NCBI GenBank assembly: GCA_903915555.1 | Contig: CAIWTL010000514.1 | Coordinates: forward strand, 4,139 to 28,138 | Direction of reading: 5' to 3' | From: an uncultured Micrococcales bacterium | GTDB taxonomy: Bacteria > Actinomycetota > Actinomycetes > S36-B12 > GCA-2699445 | DNA length: 24,000 nucleotides | Shown: positions 22,887 through 24,000 of the stretch, one piece after another | How the letters are laid out: every line of letters begins with the position of its first letter | How positions within the stretch are numbered: position 1 is the stretch's first letter | Notes under the pieces: model-generated | Seen by the model: the letters and a program-made list of their open reading frames with translations, nothing else | Databases searched by the model: none | Told to the model about the DNA's origin: nothing | Position numbers and translations under genes: made by a program

Positions 22887-23699
22887 ATGAGCGGCAGCAT
22901 CCCTCCCGGTCCCGATGACGAGGTCCCGCCCCCACCCGGCGGATTCACCCCCCCGCAGCCAGGTCCCCCACCAGCGGGACCGACAGGTCCAGGTCCCTCC
23001 GCCACCCCCTATTCGGTCAGCGATGCGTTCAACTACGGCTGGAAGAAGTTCCAGGAGAACCTCGGACCCTGGATCCTCGGGGTGCTCATCCTCTTCCTCG
23101 GCCTGGCCGTCGTTCAGGTGGTCTACAACCTCGTCGTCGGTGGACTGCTCGACACCTTCTCGACGACGACCGTCGACCCACGGACCGGCGACGTCTTCAT
23201 CGACGAGACAGGCGGCCTCGCCGCTGCCCTGGTCGGCGCCCTGGTCCTGGCGGTTCCGGTGACCATCCTGGGGATGATCGTGCAGGCGCAGATCGTGCGC
23301 GGCGGGCTGGCGACCTGTGAGGGCCGCATCGAACTCGGCCGATTCTTCGACACCAGCCTGCTGGGACCGATCGTCGTCGCGTCCATCATCGCCGGACTGA
23401 TGACCCTGGCCGGTGTCATCGCCTGCTACGTGGGTGCCGTCGTCGTGGCGTTCTTCGTGCAGTTCTTCGCATACTTCGTCCTCGACCGCGAAGCCAGGCC
23501 CTGGGAGTCCATCAAGGCGTCGTTCTCGTTCGTCAACCAACACCTGGCGAACATCATCGTGCTGTTCCTCGCCAGTGCCCTCGCCGTGCTCATCGGTGCG
23601 CTGCTGTGCGGGGTCGGCCTGCTGGTGGCTTACCCGGTGGTGGCGATCGCGCACGCATACACGTACAAGGTCCTCAACGGGGAGGAGGTCGTCGCCTGA
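22887..23699 (+). CDS. Hypothetical multi-pass membrane protein with Pro-rich N-terminal head (paralog 1)
   Basis: 270-aa ORF with SD AGAGAGGA at 22872..22879. The Pro-rich N-terminus is PPGPDDEVPPPPGGFTPPQPGPPPAGPTGPGP, followed by YSVSDAFNYGWKKF and 5-6 hydrophobic segments. Confidence 0.7.
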   Translation: MSGSIPPGPDDEVPPPPGGFTPPQPGPPPAGPTGPGPSATPYSVSDAFNYGWKKFQENLGPWILGVLILFLGLAVVQVVYNLVVGGLLDTFSTTTVDPRTGDVFIDETGGLAAALVGALVLAVPVTILGMIVQAQIVRGGLATCEGRIELGRFFDTSLLGPIVVASIIAGLMTLAGVIACYVGAVVVAFFVQFFAYFVLDREARPWESIKASFSFVNQHLANIIVLFLASALAVLIGALLCGVGLLVAYPVVAIAHAYTYKVLNGEEVVA

Positions 23700-23784
23700 C
23701 CCGACCGTGGGCGCGCCTCGACAGCGCTGCGCCCAATTCCCGATACCGTCGTCACCGCTGCACCCCGCCAACCAGGAGCACACC

Positions 23785-24000
23785 ATGAGCGAAGCCGCCT
23801 CGGCCCCCACCAGCCCGTACTCGGTGGGTGATGCCTTCAACTACGGCTGGAACAGATTCACCAAGAACTGGGTCCCCTGGGTCCTTGGCACCCTGATCCT
23901 GGGGCTGATCCTCGGTGCGGTGCAGGTGGTCTACCAGCTCATCATCGGTGGACCGGTCACCAACCTGGCCAACGGCAGCATCGACCCCGTCACGGGACAG
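23785..24000 (+). CDS. Hypothetical membrane protein, paralog 2 of the preceding gene (5' part only, runs off the right edge)
   Basis: Not in the ORF track because it is open-ended. ATG 23785 has AGGAG at 23774..23778. Hand translation MSEAASAPTSPYSVGDAFNYGWNRFTKNWVPWVLGTLILGLILGAVQVVYQLIIGG.. aligns closely with residues ~40-105 of the upstream protein. Confidence 0.65.
   Translation, partial: MSEAASAPTSPYSVGDAFNYGWNRFTKNWVPWVLGTLILGLILGAVQVVYQLIIGGPVTNLANGSIDPVTGQ

Noticed and set aside
22626-23840. 404-aa minus-strand ORF antisense to the membrane-protein genes
   Set aside because: Its product is Asp/Gly/Arg/His-rich with no motifs. The plus-strand genes have SDs and TM segments, and their two products are clearly homologous to each other.
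1-24000. Search for CRISPR arrays, tRNA/rRNA genes, IS elements, integrases, phage genes, toxin-antitoxin pairs or defence-type enzymes
   Set aside because: No regularly spaced repeats, tRNA-like cloverleaf segments or transposase/recombinase-like ORFs were seen, and no gap is long enough to hide an extra gene. The window looks like core chromosome, not an accessory island.

Overview
This is a very GC-rich window with strong G/C third-position bias, typical of an actinobacterial chromosome. It holds about 24 protein-coding genes on both strands, and no intergenic gap exceeds about 220 nt. I found no rRNA, tRNA, CRISPR array, transposase, integrase or other obvious mobile element. Most genes are core lipid, envelope and respiration housekeeping. 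They include a PlsB-type glycerol-3-phosphate acyltransferase translationally coupled to a HAD-phosphatase/LPLAT fusion (plsC-like, the same pairing I recall for M. tuberculosis plsB2-plsC), a divergent HisA/HisF-fold protein, a secreted CHAP-like hydrolase and a SulP/STAS anion transporter. There is also a DUF2277 + DUF2461 pair, an MFS transporter, a CE4-like deacetylase and a small LPLAT acyltransferase coupled to a GNAT. The rest are a CHASE3-HAMP-PP2C membrane sensor phosphatase followed by a small helical protein, a class-II (hisC/pat-type) aminotransferase, cytochrome bd oxidase cydAB without cydDC behind it, an LCP-family protein divergent from a secreted S8 subtilase, dCTP deaminase, and two tandem paralogous membrane proteins. 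The most unusual items are: (1) a small secreted protein with eight uninterrupted Gly-Pro-X collagen triplets and a beta-rich C-terminal head, lying where cydDC would normally follow cydB; (2) the HisA-fold protein, in which both canonical catalytic aspartates look substituted; (3) the PP2C sensor phosphatase, which has no STAS or anti-sigma partner in view; and (4) a perfect 11-bp tandem repeat overlapping a good promoter in the first divergent intergenic region. I see no convincing evidence for a self-contained novel multi-gene system such as a defence island. The findings below are individual oddities and should be treated as hypotheses. All family calls rest on motifs read by eye, not on searches.
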